DNA of 32,000 nucleotides from an uncultured Phycisphaeraceae bacterium (GTDB lineage Bacteria; Planctomycetota; Phycisphaerae; Phycisphaerales; UBA1924). The position numbers and the translations under genes are program-made. Below are positions 1-8,722 of this stretch, piece by piece; positions within the stretch are counted from its first letter, which is position 1, and each line of letters begins with the position of its first letter. The DNA lies in contig CAZPWW010000014.1 in assembly GCA_964590885.1 (NCBI GenBank), positions 23,400 to 55,399 on the forward strand, read 5' to 3'. The notes beneath the pieces were generated by a model, which saw nothing but the letters and a program-made list of their open reading frames with translations, did no database searches and was not told the origin of the DNA.

Positions 1-668
1 ACGCCCACGCCGCGGGCGCCGCGCAGGTCGGCCAAACGCGTGGCGAGGGTGAGGCCCGGGTTGAAGTCCGCGGCGGACTTCTGGCGGGCGGAGGTGTCGC
101 CGATGGCCGTACCGGGGCCGAGCGTGACTGGAAGGGCATCGCCCAGACCCAGATCAGTGATGAGGCCCGCGCCGCGGGCCGAGTAGCGGAACGCCCCGTT
201 CACCTCCGCGACCGGATTGGCCCCCGGGGTCGAGCCGCCGAAGACATGCACGCCCGCGAAGTCGCGGTTCGCGAGGTTCATGATGGAGCGAAGCGTTTCC
301 TGAATGACGCTCGCCTGCTGGGCCCGCTCGCCCGCGCTCGAGGTGAGGCCGATCTGCCCGCTGGCGATGCTTTGGGCCTGCTGCACCAGTTCGCCGATCT
401 CCACCAGGGTCTGGTCGAGTGTGCCCAGGACGCTGTCGGCGTGCTGCAGGTTGAGGGCGCGTTGGTTGTTGAGGCGCTCGCGCTCCTGCAGCACGCTGAT
501 GGCCGCGGCTCGTGTCGGGTCGTCGCTGGTGCGGTTCACCTGCTTGCCCGTGGCCAGCTGGGTCTGCAGGTTGAGCAGGCCGACGTTGGTGCGGTTGAGG
601 TTGCCCAGCGACAACTGCGACCGGAGCAGGAACGGAGCACGCGACAGGTTGGCGGGAAGAACGGCCAT
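1..668 (-). CDS. flgL: flagellar hook-filament junction protein FlgL (HAP3); 3' end runs off the window start
   Basis: My own minus-strand translation from the ATG at 668-666 gives MAVLPANLSRAPFLLRSQLSLGNLNRTNVGLLNLQTQLATGKQVNRTSDDPTRAAAISVLQERERL... This is a flagellin-N type helical domain with the TGK..(N)..SDDP motif. It lies directly downstream of flgK. It is missing from the ORF track because it is open to the window edge. Confidence 0.8.
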   Translation of the reverse strand, partial: MAVLPANLSRAPFLLRSQLSLGNLNRTNVGLLNLQTQLATGKQVNRTSDDPTRAAAISVLQERERLNNQRALNLQHADSVLGTLDQTLVEIGELVQQAQSIASGQIGLTSSAGERAQQASVIQETLRSIMNLANRDFAGVHVFGGSTPGANPVAEVNGAFRYSARGAGLITDLGLGDALPVTLGPGTAIGDTSARQKSAADFNPGLTLATRLADLRGARGVG

Positions 669-719
669 GCGAGGAGGTGCCGGGAGACAGGTGCGAGGAG
701 ACAGCCGAGCGGGGAAGGG

Positions 720-2471
720 CTATCGCGCGATCGACAGCAGGGTTTGGGTGAGTTCCTGAACGACGGAGATGAACCGGGCCGAGGCCTGGTACTGGCTCTG
801 GTAGTTGAGAAGGTTGATCGCCTCTTCATCGATGCTCACGCCCGACACCACCTGACGCTGGGCGTCAAGGTTCTGGCGCACGACTTCCGCCGCCTGCGCG
901 GCGGTCTTGGCCGACCCTGCGGCCACGCCCACGGCTTGCGTGGCGTCGTCCCACGCGGCGGCGAACGTGGAGCCGTTGAGCCCGGCGACGGCCTTGGTGC
1001 GGAGTTGGGCCACGGCCAGTGCCGCGCCGTTCTCCACGGGCAGGCCGCCCACCACCCGGCCAAAGTTGAGCAGCGACGAATCGGCCACCAGTTCGTCGCG
1101 CACGGCGATGTCGGCCGCGTTCGTGCCCCGGAAGTAGGTGTTGACGCCCAGCGCGCTGAGCACGCCGCTGGAGTCCTCGGCGAAGGAGACGGTGTTTCCC
1201 GTGGCGGCGGTGATGGTGAGGCGTCCATCAACACCGACCGTGGCCGAGGCGGATACGCCGAGCGCCGTGTTGATGCTCGCGGCGAGCGTGGCGAGGCTGG
1301 TGTCGTCGGCAAAGCCCGCTGCGCCGGCGCTCGTGATGCCGTCGAGGTCGATCGTGATGCGCCGGGTCTGGGCCGCGCCCGTGGCGGTGTTGGTGACGGT
1401 GATGAGGAACGAGCCGCTGCGCGGCTTGAACGGGAGATCGGTGAAGGTGGCGTTGGCCGTGTCGTTGAGCGCGAGCGCGGTGTCCGCCGGCGGCACGGTG
1501 AGGCTCGAGACGAATGCGGCCTGGGCCTTGCCGCCGTAGCCGGAGGCGTGCAGCAGGTTGACCTCGTGGATCAGGTTCTGGGCCAGCGTGTCGAGGTTGG
1601 CGAGCGTGCTGTCGATGGCCGCGCTGCGATTGGCGAGCAGCGAGCCGACCGAGCCCGACGTGATGCCGAGTTCCTCCTGCTTGTCCTTGGCCACCACCCG
1701 CACCTCGATCTCGCCGCCCGACGCTTCCTGCACGAGTTCGACGCCGCGCGAGGTGCCCGCGAGCACGATGGGCGTGGAGCCGACGAGGATGTCGAGGTTG
1801 CCGTTGGGCTGCTCCACGGTGGTGATGTCGAGCAGCCTGGCCAGTTCGGTAACAAGGGCGTCGCGCTGGTCGCGGAGGCCGCTGGCCGATCCCTGGCCGT
1901 TCTCTGCGCTGACGATCTCCGCGTTGAGGCCGGCGATCTGCGCCAGCACGTCGTCGGCCCGAGCCACCTGGGCCCGCAGGTCGCGGTCGAGTTGCGTGCG
2001 CTGGTCGATCAGGGCCGACCGTGTGGCCTTGAGCGAGCCCGCCAGCGCCCGCCCCTGTTGCACCACGAGCGACCGTGTCCCCGTGTTGGTGGGGTTGTCC
2101 GAGAGGGTGGACCAGGCGTTGAAGAACGTGGAGAGGTCGGTGGCGAGGTTGTCGTCGCCCAGCGCGTTCAGGGTGGCTTCCACCTGGGCCAGCAGGGTCG
2201 CGTCGGTGCTCGCCGCGCTCTCGCTGCTGGTGCCCTTGAGCAGGCGTGCCTGCAGGGCGTTGTCCACCTGTCGGCGGATGGCCGCGACTTCGACCCCGCG
2301 CCCGAGAAAGAGGCTGCCCACCTGCGTGTCGCGCGAGGGGGCCAGCGTGGCGATCTGGCGCGAGTAACCGGGCGTGGCGGCGTTGGCCACGTTGTTGCCC
2401 GTGGTCTGGATGCCCAGTTGGGCCGCGGCCAAGCCCGAGCGACCGATCTGGAATGCGCCGGTGAGAGACAT
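720..2471 (-). CDS. flgK: flagellar hook-associated protein 1 FlgK
   Basis: 583 aa. The N-terminus MSLTGAFQIGRSGLAAAQLGIQTTGNNVANAATPGYSRQ carries the rod/hook/HAP signature. The C-terminus INLLNYQSQYQASARFISVVQELTQTLLSI is the conserved HAP1 C-terminal helix. It sits in flgK-flgL order. Confidence 0.93.
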   Translation of the reverse strand: MSLTGAFQIGRSGLAAAQLGIQTTGNNVANAATPGYSRQIATLAPSRDTQVGSLFLGRGVEVAAIRRQVDNALQARLLKGTSSESAASTDATLLAQVEATLNALGDDNLATDLSTFFNAWSTLSDNPTNTGTRSLVVQQGRALAGSLKATRSALIDQRTQLDRDLRAQVARADDVLAQIAGLNAEIVSAENGQGSASGLRDQRDALVTELARLLDITTVEQPNGNLDILVGSTPIVLAGTSRGVELVQEASGGEIEVRVVAKDKQEELGITSGSVGSLLANRSAAIDSTLANLDTLAQNLIHEVNLLHASGYGGKAQAAFVSSLTVPPADTALALNDTANATFTDLPFKPRSGSFLITVTNTATGAAQTRRITIDLDGITSAGAAGFADDTSLATLAASINTALGVSASATVGVDGRLTITAATGNTVSFAEDSSGVLSALGVNTYFRGTNAADIAVRDELVADSSLLNFGRVVGGLPVENGAALAVAQLRTKAVAGLNGSTFAAAWDDATQAVGVAAGSAKTAAQAAEVVRQNLDAQRQVVSGVSIDEEAINLLNYQSQYQASARFISVVQELTQTLLSIAR

Positions 2472-2498
2472 GCGTGTGCGGGTGAGCGTGCCTGCGGG

Positions 2499-3062
2499 TC
2501 AGGAGCGGAGATCGAGCGACGACACCACCTGCTGCGTGGTGTGGGTGTTGGGGCGTGCGTAGACACCGGTGTGCGAGAGGGTGCGTGCCACCTGGGCCAT
2601 CATGCCCTTCATGTGCGCGAGCAGGGCCTCGCTGGCCATGCGGATGGTGCGGTTCTGCTCCTGCACGGCCTCGCCCACCTCACGCAGCCGCGCGGCCGCC
2701 TGCAGCACTCGCCCGCGTGCGGGCTCGGCAGCCGCGGCGACCAGGGCTGAGAGCGGAGCGGTGGGGGGCAGGTTCTGGGGCGCGGCCACGCGAGCGGCCC
2801 ACGCACCGCGGCGTGCATCGAGCGGGGCCAGCCGCGCCGCCGCCTCGCGCTGCGCATCGGCACAGCGCTCAACCGCGGCGCGGTCGGCGCTGCTGAGGGC
2901 GGCCCGGTGGGCGCGGGCGATGCGCGCCAGGCCGTCGTACTCGCTCTGCAACGTGCTCAGAATCGCCTCGATCTCGGCGAGGTCGGCGGGCGTGGGAGCC
3001 AGCGCCGCGGGTTTGCGCTGGGCTGCGGGCCGGGGCGCAGGTTGGAGAGCGGGTGCGGGCAT
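2499..3062 (-). CDS. FlgN-like flagellar export chaperone (putative)
   Basis: 187 aa, helical and Ala/Arg/Leu/Glu-rich (LSTLQSEYDGLARIARAHRAALSSADRAAVERCADAQREAAARL). It sits immediately upstream of flgK, where flgN usually lies. The call rests on position and composition, not a strict motif. Confidence 0.5.
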   Translation of the reverse strand: MPAPALQPAPRPAAQRKPAALAPTPADLAEIEAILSTLQSEYDGLARIARAHRAALSSADRAAVERCADAQREAAARLAPLDARRGAWAARVAAPQNLPPTAPLSALVAAAAEPARGRVLQAAARLREVGEAVQEQNRTIRMASEALLAHMKGMMAQVARTLSHTGVYARPNTHTTQQVVSSLDLRS

Positions 3063-3067
3063 GATTG

Positions 3068-3574
3068 CTAGCGGGCCACGGGTGCGGCAAGTGCGGGCGG
3101 GATAAGCGGGCTCTGCGGGGCGACCGGGGCGACACGCTCGCGCGTGCGCAGCAGGTCGCGTGCCACCCTGTCTACCAGCGGGAAGTCGCCGGCCCGCGCG
3201 ATCTGGCGGGCCACGTGCTGATCCATGAGCGTGCCAAACTGCTTCTCGGCCGGGCCGGGGGCAAAGGGCGGAGCGGCTCGGTTGCCGTCGCGGAGCAACT
3301 TGAGCACGGGGGCGACGAACGCGACCGACACGAAGTCTTCGGCGGCGCGGCGCGCGGCCTCGGCGCGGCCGCCGACATCGGCCCTTGTGCCGATCTCGCT
3401 CCGGTTGCCGGATGCCCCCGCCAGCACATCGCTGAAGCTCCCTTGCCGCTCTTGCAGAACCGTGGCCGTCCCGGTGCGGTGGTCGGCCAGCCGCTCCGCG
3501 GCGGCGTGGAAGACGCCCGTGCCGCGCTCGGCGGCGGGTCGGGCATGGGTGGGGATGAAGCCGGTGGAGGTCAT
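3068..3574 (-). CDS. flgJ: flagellar rod-binding protein (FlgJ N-terminal-type, no muramidase domain)
   Basis: 168 aa. It contains AAEDFVSVAFVAPVLKLLRD...KQFGTLMDQHVARQIARAGDFPLVDRVARDL, which matches the Rod_binding pattern (AA.FE..f...mlk.m....f..m.d...a..ia..g.gl). It follows flgI. No glycoside-hydrolase domain is present. Confidence 0.7.
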   Translation of the reverse strand: MTSTGFIPTHARPAAERGTGVFHAAAERLADHRTGTATVLQERQGSFSDVLAGASGNRSEIGTRADVGGRAEAARRAAEDFVSVAFVAPVLKLLRDGNRAAPPFAPGPAEKQFGTLMDQHVARQIARAGDFPLVDRVARDLLRTRERVAPVAPQSPLIPPALAAPVAR

Positions 3575-3575
3575 G

Positions 3576-4739
3576 TCATTCCACGATCAGGCGGGCGTGC
3601 AGGCGTCCGGCGCGGTGCAGTTGGGTGAGGATGGCGATCTGGTCGTCGATGGCCACGTCGAGTTGGCGCATGGCGGCGAGCAGGTCCTGGATGCGGCCGC
3701 GCTCGCTGGAGCGGCCGGTGGTCTGCAGCGCGACGGCTTTGGAGACGGTGGTGCGAGGGTTCTGGGGGCTGGGTTCCACGGGGGGACGGGTGGTGGAGAC
3801 GATCAGGTCCTTGTGCGATACGGCGGCGGGGGAGATCTCGACATTGCCTGTAACGACGATGCTGCCGGTGCGGCTGTTGACGATGACCTGGGCGGGCAGG
3901 CGGAGCAGGCTGGGGCTGAAACTGGCCGAGAGCACGCGCGAGAGGAACTTGGCCCTGTTGGCCCGCTCGATCGGCGGCACGAGCACGCGCACGCTGGCAT
4001 CGTCGATGGCGGTGGCGATGACGCCCGTGGCCCCCTGTGGCTCGAGATCCGATGGGTCGGCTTCCGGGGCGAGGCTGTTGATGGTGTCAGCGATCTGGTC
4101 GGTGACGGTCCAGGCCCGGAAGTGGGGGTGCACGATGAGCGTGAAGGCGTCGCCCGTAAGGGGCATGAGCACGTCTTTCACCATGCGGGCGCCGGCCCGC
4201 ACGCGCCCGACGGTGGGCGTGGACGGGTCTTCGAGCACGATCGGGCCCGAGGCCATGGCGTAGAGCGTGTCGTCGCCGGAGAAGGGGCCGGTGAGCGGGG
4301 CCAGCAGCAGGCGGCCCCCCGCCAGGCTGCTCGCGGAGTGGGAGACGGAGACGAAAACATCGAGTTCGTCGTCGCGCCGCGCCCCCTCGCGGGGAATGAT
4401 GCACTCGATCATCACCAGGGCCGCGCTCTTGGCCTTGGCGAGTTCGCGGGGGTCGGCCAGTTCGTTGCCGTTGTTCTTGTAGACCTGCGCGAGCGGGCGG
4501 GCCAGCACCAGGTCTTGCCCGCTGTCTCCGGTGCCCTTGAGGCCGATGACCAGGCCGAAGCCGCGCAGGACCGATTCGCCCTGCCCTTCGATGCGGACCA
4601 TGTCTTGCAGGCTGGTGATGCCCCCGCCGGCGGCCGGCGCGGCCTCTTGAGCCCCGGCCGTCGCGGCGAGCGCAACAAACGCCGCCAACCCGGCGACGAG
4701 CGGCGCGAGCCTTGCGCGACATGAACGGCGCGGCGACAT
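3576..4739 (-). CDS. flgI: flagellar P-ring protein FlgI
   Basis: 387 aa. It has a signal peptide (LAPLVAGLAAFVALAATAGAQE) followed by ITSLQDMVRIEGQGESVLRGFGLVIGLKGTGDS, the classic FlgI N-terminal block. The C-terminus reads LLAAMRQLDVAIDDQIAILTQLHRAGRLHARLIVE. Confidence 0.93.
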   Translation of the reverse strand: MSPRRSCRARLAPLVAGLAAFVALAATAGAQEAAPAAGGGITSLQDMVRIEGQGESVLRGFGLVIGLKGTGDSGQDLVLARPLAQVYKNNGNELADPRELAKAKSAALVMIECIIPREGARRDDELDVFVSVSHSASSLAGGRLLLAPLTGPFSGDDTLYAMASGPIVLEDPSTPTVGRVRAGARMVKDVLMPLTGDAFTLIVHPHFRAWTVTDQIADTINSLAPEADPSDLEPQGATGVIATAIDDASVRVLVPPIERANRAKFLSRVLSASFSPSLLRLPAQVIVNSRTGSIVVTGNVEISPAAVSHKDLIVSTTRPPVEPSPQNPRTTVSKAVALQTTGRSSERGRIQDLLAAMRQLDVAIDDQIAILTQLHRAGRLHARLIVE

Positions 4740-4753
4740 CCGGCGAACTGCCC

Positions 4754-4768
4754 GCGAAGCGTGTGCCA
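4754..4768 (-). promoter_or_regulatory. candidate sigma-54 (-24/-12) promoter in the flgH-flgI spacer
   Basis: The minus strand reads TGGCAC-ACGCT-TCGC. GG-N10-GC is intact with exact spacing. The -12 element is TCGC rather than TTGC. The flgI ATG (4739) lies 15 nt after the GC, so the transcript would be nearly leaderless. Confidence 0.3.
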
Positions 4769-4796
4769 GCGGCCGGGCCGCGTGCGCCCGCGCCGG

Positions 4797-5579
4797 TCAG
4801 AAGTTGAAGATGGCTTCGAGTACCTGCGGGATAAAGCCCTTCTCGCTGGCATCGCGCACCTGCCCGGTGTTCTCGACGCGGATGACCAGGTTGGCCAACT
4901 GGTTGGACAGCACGGTGCCCTGCACGGTCACGTCTTTGGGATCGCACAGGCCCGCCACCACCAGGGTCTTGCTCTCGGAATCCTGCTGGATGGTCTCCTT
5001 GGCTTCGACCACGAGGTGCCCGTTGGGCTTCACGTCGATCACCAGGCCGGAGATGCGGGCGGTGAGCCGGTCCTTGCGCTCGAGTTTGCCGTCGCCTTTG
5101 TAGTCTTGATTGGCCGTGAGACCCAGGTTGGGGGCGTCGCCGGTCACGCCGTCGCGGAGCGTGGCGTTGTAAAGCAGTTGCTTCAGGCTGGGGAACTGGG
5201 CAAGTTCGGCCTTGGTATCGTACTTGGTCTTGGTCTCCAGTTTCGATTCTGCCGAACTGAGCGAGGTTTCGTTGATGATGATCTCGATCTTGTCGTGCTT
5301 CTTGTACACCGTCGGAGGGGGCGGCTTCACGCCCGCCAGAGCGACGGCCGAGAAGCCCGGGCCGCCACCAGCGGCACCCGGCGGCGGCGAGGCGAACGCG
5401 GCCCCCGGGTCGCCGGCGGACGCGGACGGCGGGTTGACGGGCGCGCCGGGAGCGGGCGGAAGCGCCGCGGCCGGCACGGCCTGGGCGGGTCTTTGAAACA
5501 GGCTTTGGGACCGGGCCGGAAGCGCGGCCAGCAGGACCACCGCACAGGCGAACGCTGCGAGCGTGCGAACGCGGATCAT
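4797..5579 (-). CDS. flgH: flagellar L-ring protein FlgH
   Basis: The track ORF is 4797..5666. I trimmed it to the internal ATG (5579) that starts the signal peptide MIRVRTLAAFACAVVLLAAL and forms an ATGA overlap with the flgA stop. The conserved FlgH core is KKHDKIEIIINETS...NQDYKGDGKLERKDRLTARISGLVIDVKPNGHLVVEAKETIQ...LVVAGLCDPKDV. Confidence 0.88.
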   Translation of the reverse strand: MIRVRTLAAFACAVVLLAALPARSQSLFQRPAQAVPAAALPPAPGAPVNPPSASAGDPGAAFASPPPGAAGGGPGFSAVALAGVKPPPPTVYKKHDKIEIIINETSLSSAESKLETKTKYDTKAELAQFPSLKQLLYNATLRDGVTGDAPNLGLTANQDYKGDGKLERKDRLTARISGLVIDVKPNGHLVVEAKETIQQDSESKTLVVAGLCDPKDVTVQGTVLSNQLANLVIRVENTGQVRDASEKGFIPQVLEAIFNF

Positions 5580-6706
5580 CGCGGAACCCTCCGGGTGGCG
5601 GGAGTACGGTGCGAGCCGGCGGCGGCCTGCGGGGCGGGTCCGGCATCGAACCCGGCGTGGTGGCACTCGAGGACGGCGGTGCCGCGCCCGCTCAGTCGGG
5701 CTTTGAATGTCTTACGCGACCCTTCGAGTTGCAGGGCCACCTCGTCGCCGTCGCGTCCGGCTTCCAGCGCCCGGGCCTTGGCCTTCATGGCGACGGTGCC
5801 CGAGAGCACGTGCACCCAGACGCTCTCGCCCCGCTTCACCACCACGGGCGAGCGTGTGTCGTCGTGATCGATGGCCCGGGCCGGGTCGAGCGCGTGCCGG
5901 GCCGTTTGCCCTGCCAACTGCCCGGGGGCGGGCGGGACCGTCGCGGCGGGCGACATCCAGACCTCTTCGGTGCTCAGGTTGGCGGCGTCCAGTTCGGACC
6001 CCGCGGCGACCGGCGCAGCCACCCGCGCGGCGGCGCGGCGCACCAGCACGTCGACGGTTATGGTGCGTGCCGCGGCCACGCGTGCACCCTCGTAAATGTC
6101 CACGCGGATGGCCACGCGTCCGGAGACGCTGGCGGAGCCGGGAGACGCTTCCACGCGCTCGCCGGCGGCGAGGGGGCGGTCGAGGAAGGCCGTGTCGTCG
6201 CGCCCGCCGCGGAAGCAGATCCGCACGTCGGCGGGCGGCAGAGCGTACAGGTCTGCGAGGCGGGCGGCCACGAGAGCACGCATGGACCCGGGTGGCAGCG
6301 CATCCACTGGTACAAACGCGCGCCGGTCACCCGCCGGGCCCGCGTGCCGCGGTGCCATTATCGGGTCGGGAGCGCTCAGGTCGCAACGGGTTCCGCTCAC
6401 CGCCACGCGGCCCCAGTTCACGCCGGCAGCTTCGAGCGCGCCGCGTACCTGGGGCAGGTCGATCGATGCACGCCCGGCGCCGTGTCCCGGCGTGGCGGTG
6501 TCCAGCAAGCGCACGGCGCCAAGCCGCTCGCTGTCGGGGCCGGTGAGGGTGGCCACGTCTTGCAGGAGCACCGGCAAGCCCGGGGCGATGGTCGCCTGCG
6601 GGCGCAGCGCCACCGTGGTCTGGGCGCGGGCCGGGCCGGCTGCCAGCGCGAGTGCAAGGCCCAGCATGGCGAACGCGATACGCATGATCTGCCCTGCCAA
6701 GAGCAC
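5576..6706 (-). CDS. flgA: flagellar basal-body P-ring formation chaperone FlgA (long form)
   Basis: It has a signal peptide (MRIAFAMLGLALALAAGPARAQ; the true start may be the ATG at 6685). The C-terminal FlgA chaperone block is VVVKRGESVWVHVLSGTVAMKAKARALEAGRDGDEVALQLEGSRKTFKARLSGRGTAV. It lies between flgG and flgH. Confidence 0.8.
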   Translation of the reverse strand: MLLAGQIMRIAFAMLGLALALAAGPARAQTTVALRPQATIAPGLPVLLQDVATLTGPDSERLGAVRLLDTATPGHGAGRASIDLPQVRGALEAAGVNWGRVAVSGTRCDLSAPDPIMAPRHAGPAGDRRAFVPVDALPPGSMRALVAARLADLYALPPADVRICFRGGRDDTAFLDRPLAAGERVEASPGSASVSGRVAIRVDIYEGARVAAARTITVDVLVRRAAARVAAPVAAGSELDAANLSTEEVWMSPAATVPPAPGQLAGQTARHALDPARAIDHDDTRSPVVVKRGESVWVHVLSGTVAMKAKARALEAGRDGDEVALQLEGSRKTFKARLSGRGTAVLECHHAGFDAGPAPQAAAGSHRTPATRRVPR

Positions 6707-6708
6707 GC

Positions 6709-7521
6709 TTACCGCGTGCGGAGGTTGGCGACGTTCTGCAGCGTCTGGTCGGCGGCCCGGATGGTGTTGGAGTTCATCTCGAAGGCCCGCTGGGTCTTGA
6801 TGAGGTCGATGAGTTCGCGGGTGGGATCAACGTTGGAACTCTCGAGGAAACTGCCCACGAGTGTGCCGCGCGTGTCGGTGCCGGGGTTGCCGATGAGTGG
6901 GGGGCCGCTGGCCGCGCTCTCGACGTACAGGTTTTCTCCGACCTGCTTGAGGCCGCTCGGGTTGATGAATGCGGCGGTCTGGATCTGGCCGATCTCGACC
7001 GGCTCGACCTGGCCGGGCTGGTTGACGAACACGCGGCCGTCGGGCCGGATGGATACGGGGCGGATGGCATCGGCGGGCACGGTGATGTTCGGGTCGAGGC
7101 GGCGGCCCTGGTCGTTGGCGAGCACGATCTCGCCGTCAGAGTTGAGTGCGAAGGCGCCGGCACGGGTGTAGGCGAAACCCCCGCCCAGGGCGTCTTCGGT
7201 CTGCACGCGGAAGAAGCCGGTGCCCTCGATCGCCACATCCAGATCGCGTCCGGTGCTGATGGGCGAGCCCTGGGCGAAATCGAGGTGGGTGCCGCTGACA
7301 CGCACGCCCAGGCCAACGTACAGACCGATGGGCCGCTGGTCGCTGTTCACGTTCTCGGTGCCGGGCTGAGCCCGCTCAATGTAGAGCAGGTCCTGAAAGT
7401 TCGCGCGGCTGGCCTTGAAGCCGGGCGTGTTCACGTTGGCAAGGTTGTTGGCGGTTACGTCGAGGGCCGTGTTCAGGGCCGAGAGGCCGGAGGCGGCCGA
7501 TTGCAGTGCGATGATCGCCAT
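6709..7521 (-). CDS. flgG: flagellar distal rod protein FlgG
   Basis: 270 aa. MAIIALQSAASGLSALNTALDVTANNLANVNTPGFKASRANFQDLLY is the canonical rod N-terminus. The C-terminus is GSFLESSNVDPTRELIDLIKTQRAFEMNSNTIRAADQTLQ. Confidence 0.94.
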   Translation of the reverse strand: MAIIALQSAASGLSALNTALDVTANNLANVNTPGFKASRANFQDLLYIERAQPGTENVNSDQRPIGLYVGLGVRVSGTHLDFAQGSPISTGRDLDVAIEGTGFFRVQTEDALGGGFAYTRAGAFALNSDGEIVLANDQGRRLDPNITVPADAIRPVSIRPDGRVFVNQPGQVEPVEIGQIQTAAFINPSGLKQVGENLYVESAASGPPLIGNPGTDTRGTLVGSFLESSNVDPTRELIDLIKTQRAFEMNSNTIRAADQTLQNVANLRTR

Positions 7522-7548
7522 GGTGCTCCACCTCGGTTTCGTATCCGA

Positions 7549-8325
7549 TCAGGCCACGCGCCCCATGGCCACGGCCCGCTCCATCAGTTGGTCGTACAGC
7601 GACACCATCCGCAGGTTGGACTGCACGGCCCGTTCGGCGCTCGAGAGATCGAGCATGGTGCGGACGGCGTCCACCGCCGAGCGTTCGACGCTGCCTTGGG
7701 CGACGGCCGCCGCGGCCGGGCGCCGGGCCGCCATGATTCTCGCGTCGGCCCGATACAGCCCCGAGCCCTCCGGGCGGAGGCGGGCGGGCTCGGCCACGGC
7801 GGCCACCTGCAGGGTCGCCACCGCCGCACCGTTCTGGCGGATGGTGCCCGAACCGTCGATGCGGACCTGCGCGCCCGGGTCCAGGGTGATCGGCTTGTTG
7901 GCGGTGTCGAGCACGGGCAGGCCGCTGCCGGCGTGCACCAGGCGCCCGCGAGAATCTGTGGTGAGACGGCCGTCGCGAGTCAGGCGCAGGGACTCGGAGT
8001 CGGCCCCCTGTCCCGACTGCAGCACGAGAAAACCCTGCCCCTGCAGCGCGACGTCGAGGGGCCGGCCGGTGGTTTCGAGGGCGCCCTGCGGCAAAGAGAG
8101 CCGGTTGGGCATGAGCATGGCGCCCGAGCCCAGCCGTTCCATCATGGTGCTGGAGGGGAGGGAAAAGAGGCCGTCTTCGATGCGGGCCGCGCTGCGTTCG
8201 CGCGTTGCCGGTGTCATGGGTTTGTAGCCCGTGGTTTCCGCATTGGCCAGGTTGCCCGCCAGCGCGTCCATGCGGTGGAGGTTCGTGAGGGCGCCCGACG
8301 CGGAGAGGTACAGGCCGTAGTTCAC
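7549..8325 (-). CDS. flgF: flagellar proximal rod protein FlgF
   Basis: 258 aa with a GTG start preceded by GGAGG. The N-terminus is MNYGLYLSASGALTNLHRMDALAGNLANAETTGYKP. The C-terminus is QGSVERSAVDAVRTMLDLSSAERAVQSNLRMVSLYDQLM. It lies immediately upstream of flgG. Confidence 0.9.
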   Translation of the reverse strand: MNYGLYLSASGALTNLHRMDALAGNLANAETTGYKPMTPATRERSAARIEDGLFSLPSSTMMERLGSGAMLMPNRLSLPQGALETTGRPLDVALQGQGFLVLQSGQGADSESLRLTRDGRLTTDSRGRLVHAGSGLPVLDTANKPITLDPGAQVRIDGSGTIRQNGAAVATLQVAAVAEPARLRPEGSGLYRADARIMAARRPAAAAVAQGSVERSAVDAVRTMLDLSSAERAVQSNLRMVSLYDQLMERAVAMGRVA

Positions 8326-8558
8326 GCGCGCCTCCTGCCAGCGCTGTGGCGCGCGTGTCGGGCGTTGGCCGGGGTGCCGCCGCCTCCGGCCAGCATGGCG
8401 TGCAGGGCCACGGCGAGATAGGCCCGGCGCACCACCAGCCGGCCGACGTCGGCGTAGGGCGCTCGGGCGGCCTCACCGGCGGGTGCACGATCTGCGCGGC
8501 ATGAAGCCGGCGGTGAAAGGACCATGCGTGGCGGTATCAACCCGCGTGCCAGCCACAC
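8322..8558 (-). CDS. candidate small basic protein upstream of flgF (may be non-coding)
   Basis: This is a track ORF. Its last ~45 codons have almost uniformly G/C third positions (CCC TAC GCC GAC GTC GGC CGG CTG GTG GTG CGC ...). Its TGA overlaps the flgF GTG (GTGA, 8322-8325). No recognisable domain. An internal ATG at 8525 is a plausible start. Confidence 0.25.
   Translation of the reverse strand: MWLARGLIPPRMVLSPPASCRADRAPAGEAARAPYADVGRLVVRRAYLAVALHAMLAGGGGTPANARHARHSAGRRRA
8535..8552 (-). promoter_or_regulatory. sigma-54-like -24/-12 element upstream of the flgF operon (imperfect -12)
   Basis: The minus strand reads CTGGCACG-CGGG-TTGATA. The -24 element TGGCACG is perfect and the spacing is correct. 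The -12 element is TTGA instead of TTGC, so the conserved GC is GA. Confidence 0.3.
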
Positions 8559-8722
8559 GGGTGCGGCGGGCGAGCGGGGTTCGCTGCGTGGCTTTCGACG
8601 TCTCCGCGCGATGCAGGCTTGAGTCGGCGGGCGGGCCGATGCCGCCGGCCGCGCAACAGCCGCGCTCAGCGCTCAGAGGATGCGCACGAACCACCCGGGG
8701 TGTCACCCTGCCGTGAGGCAGG

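Noticed and set aside
246-2750. An 834-aa plus-strand ORF spanning the flgL/flgK/flgN region. Similar very long ORFs lie antisense to known genes: 5609..7171 (+), 16145..18049 (-), 19549..21216 (-), 21245..22765 (-), 24557..26275 (+) and 27066..29879 (+).
   Set aside because: Their translations are low-complexity (Arg/Gly/Ala/His/Asp-rich) with no recognisable motifs. The opposite strand encodes unmistakable conserved proteins (FlgK, FlgA/FlgG, GroEL, DnaJ, transketolase, PNPase). Long open antisense frames are expected at this GC content.
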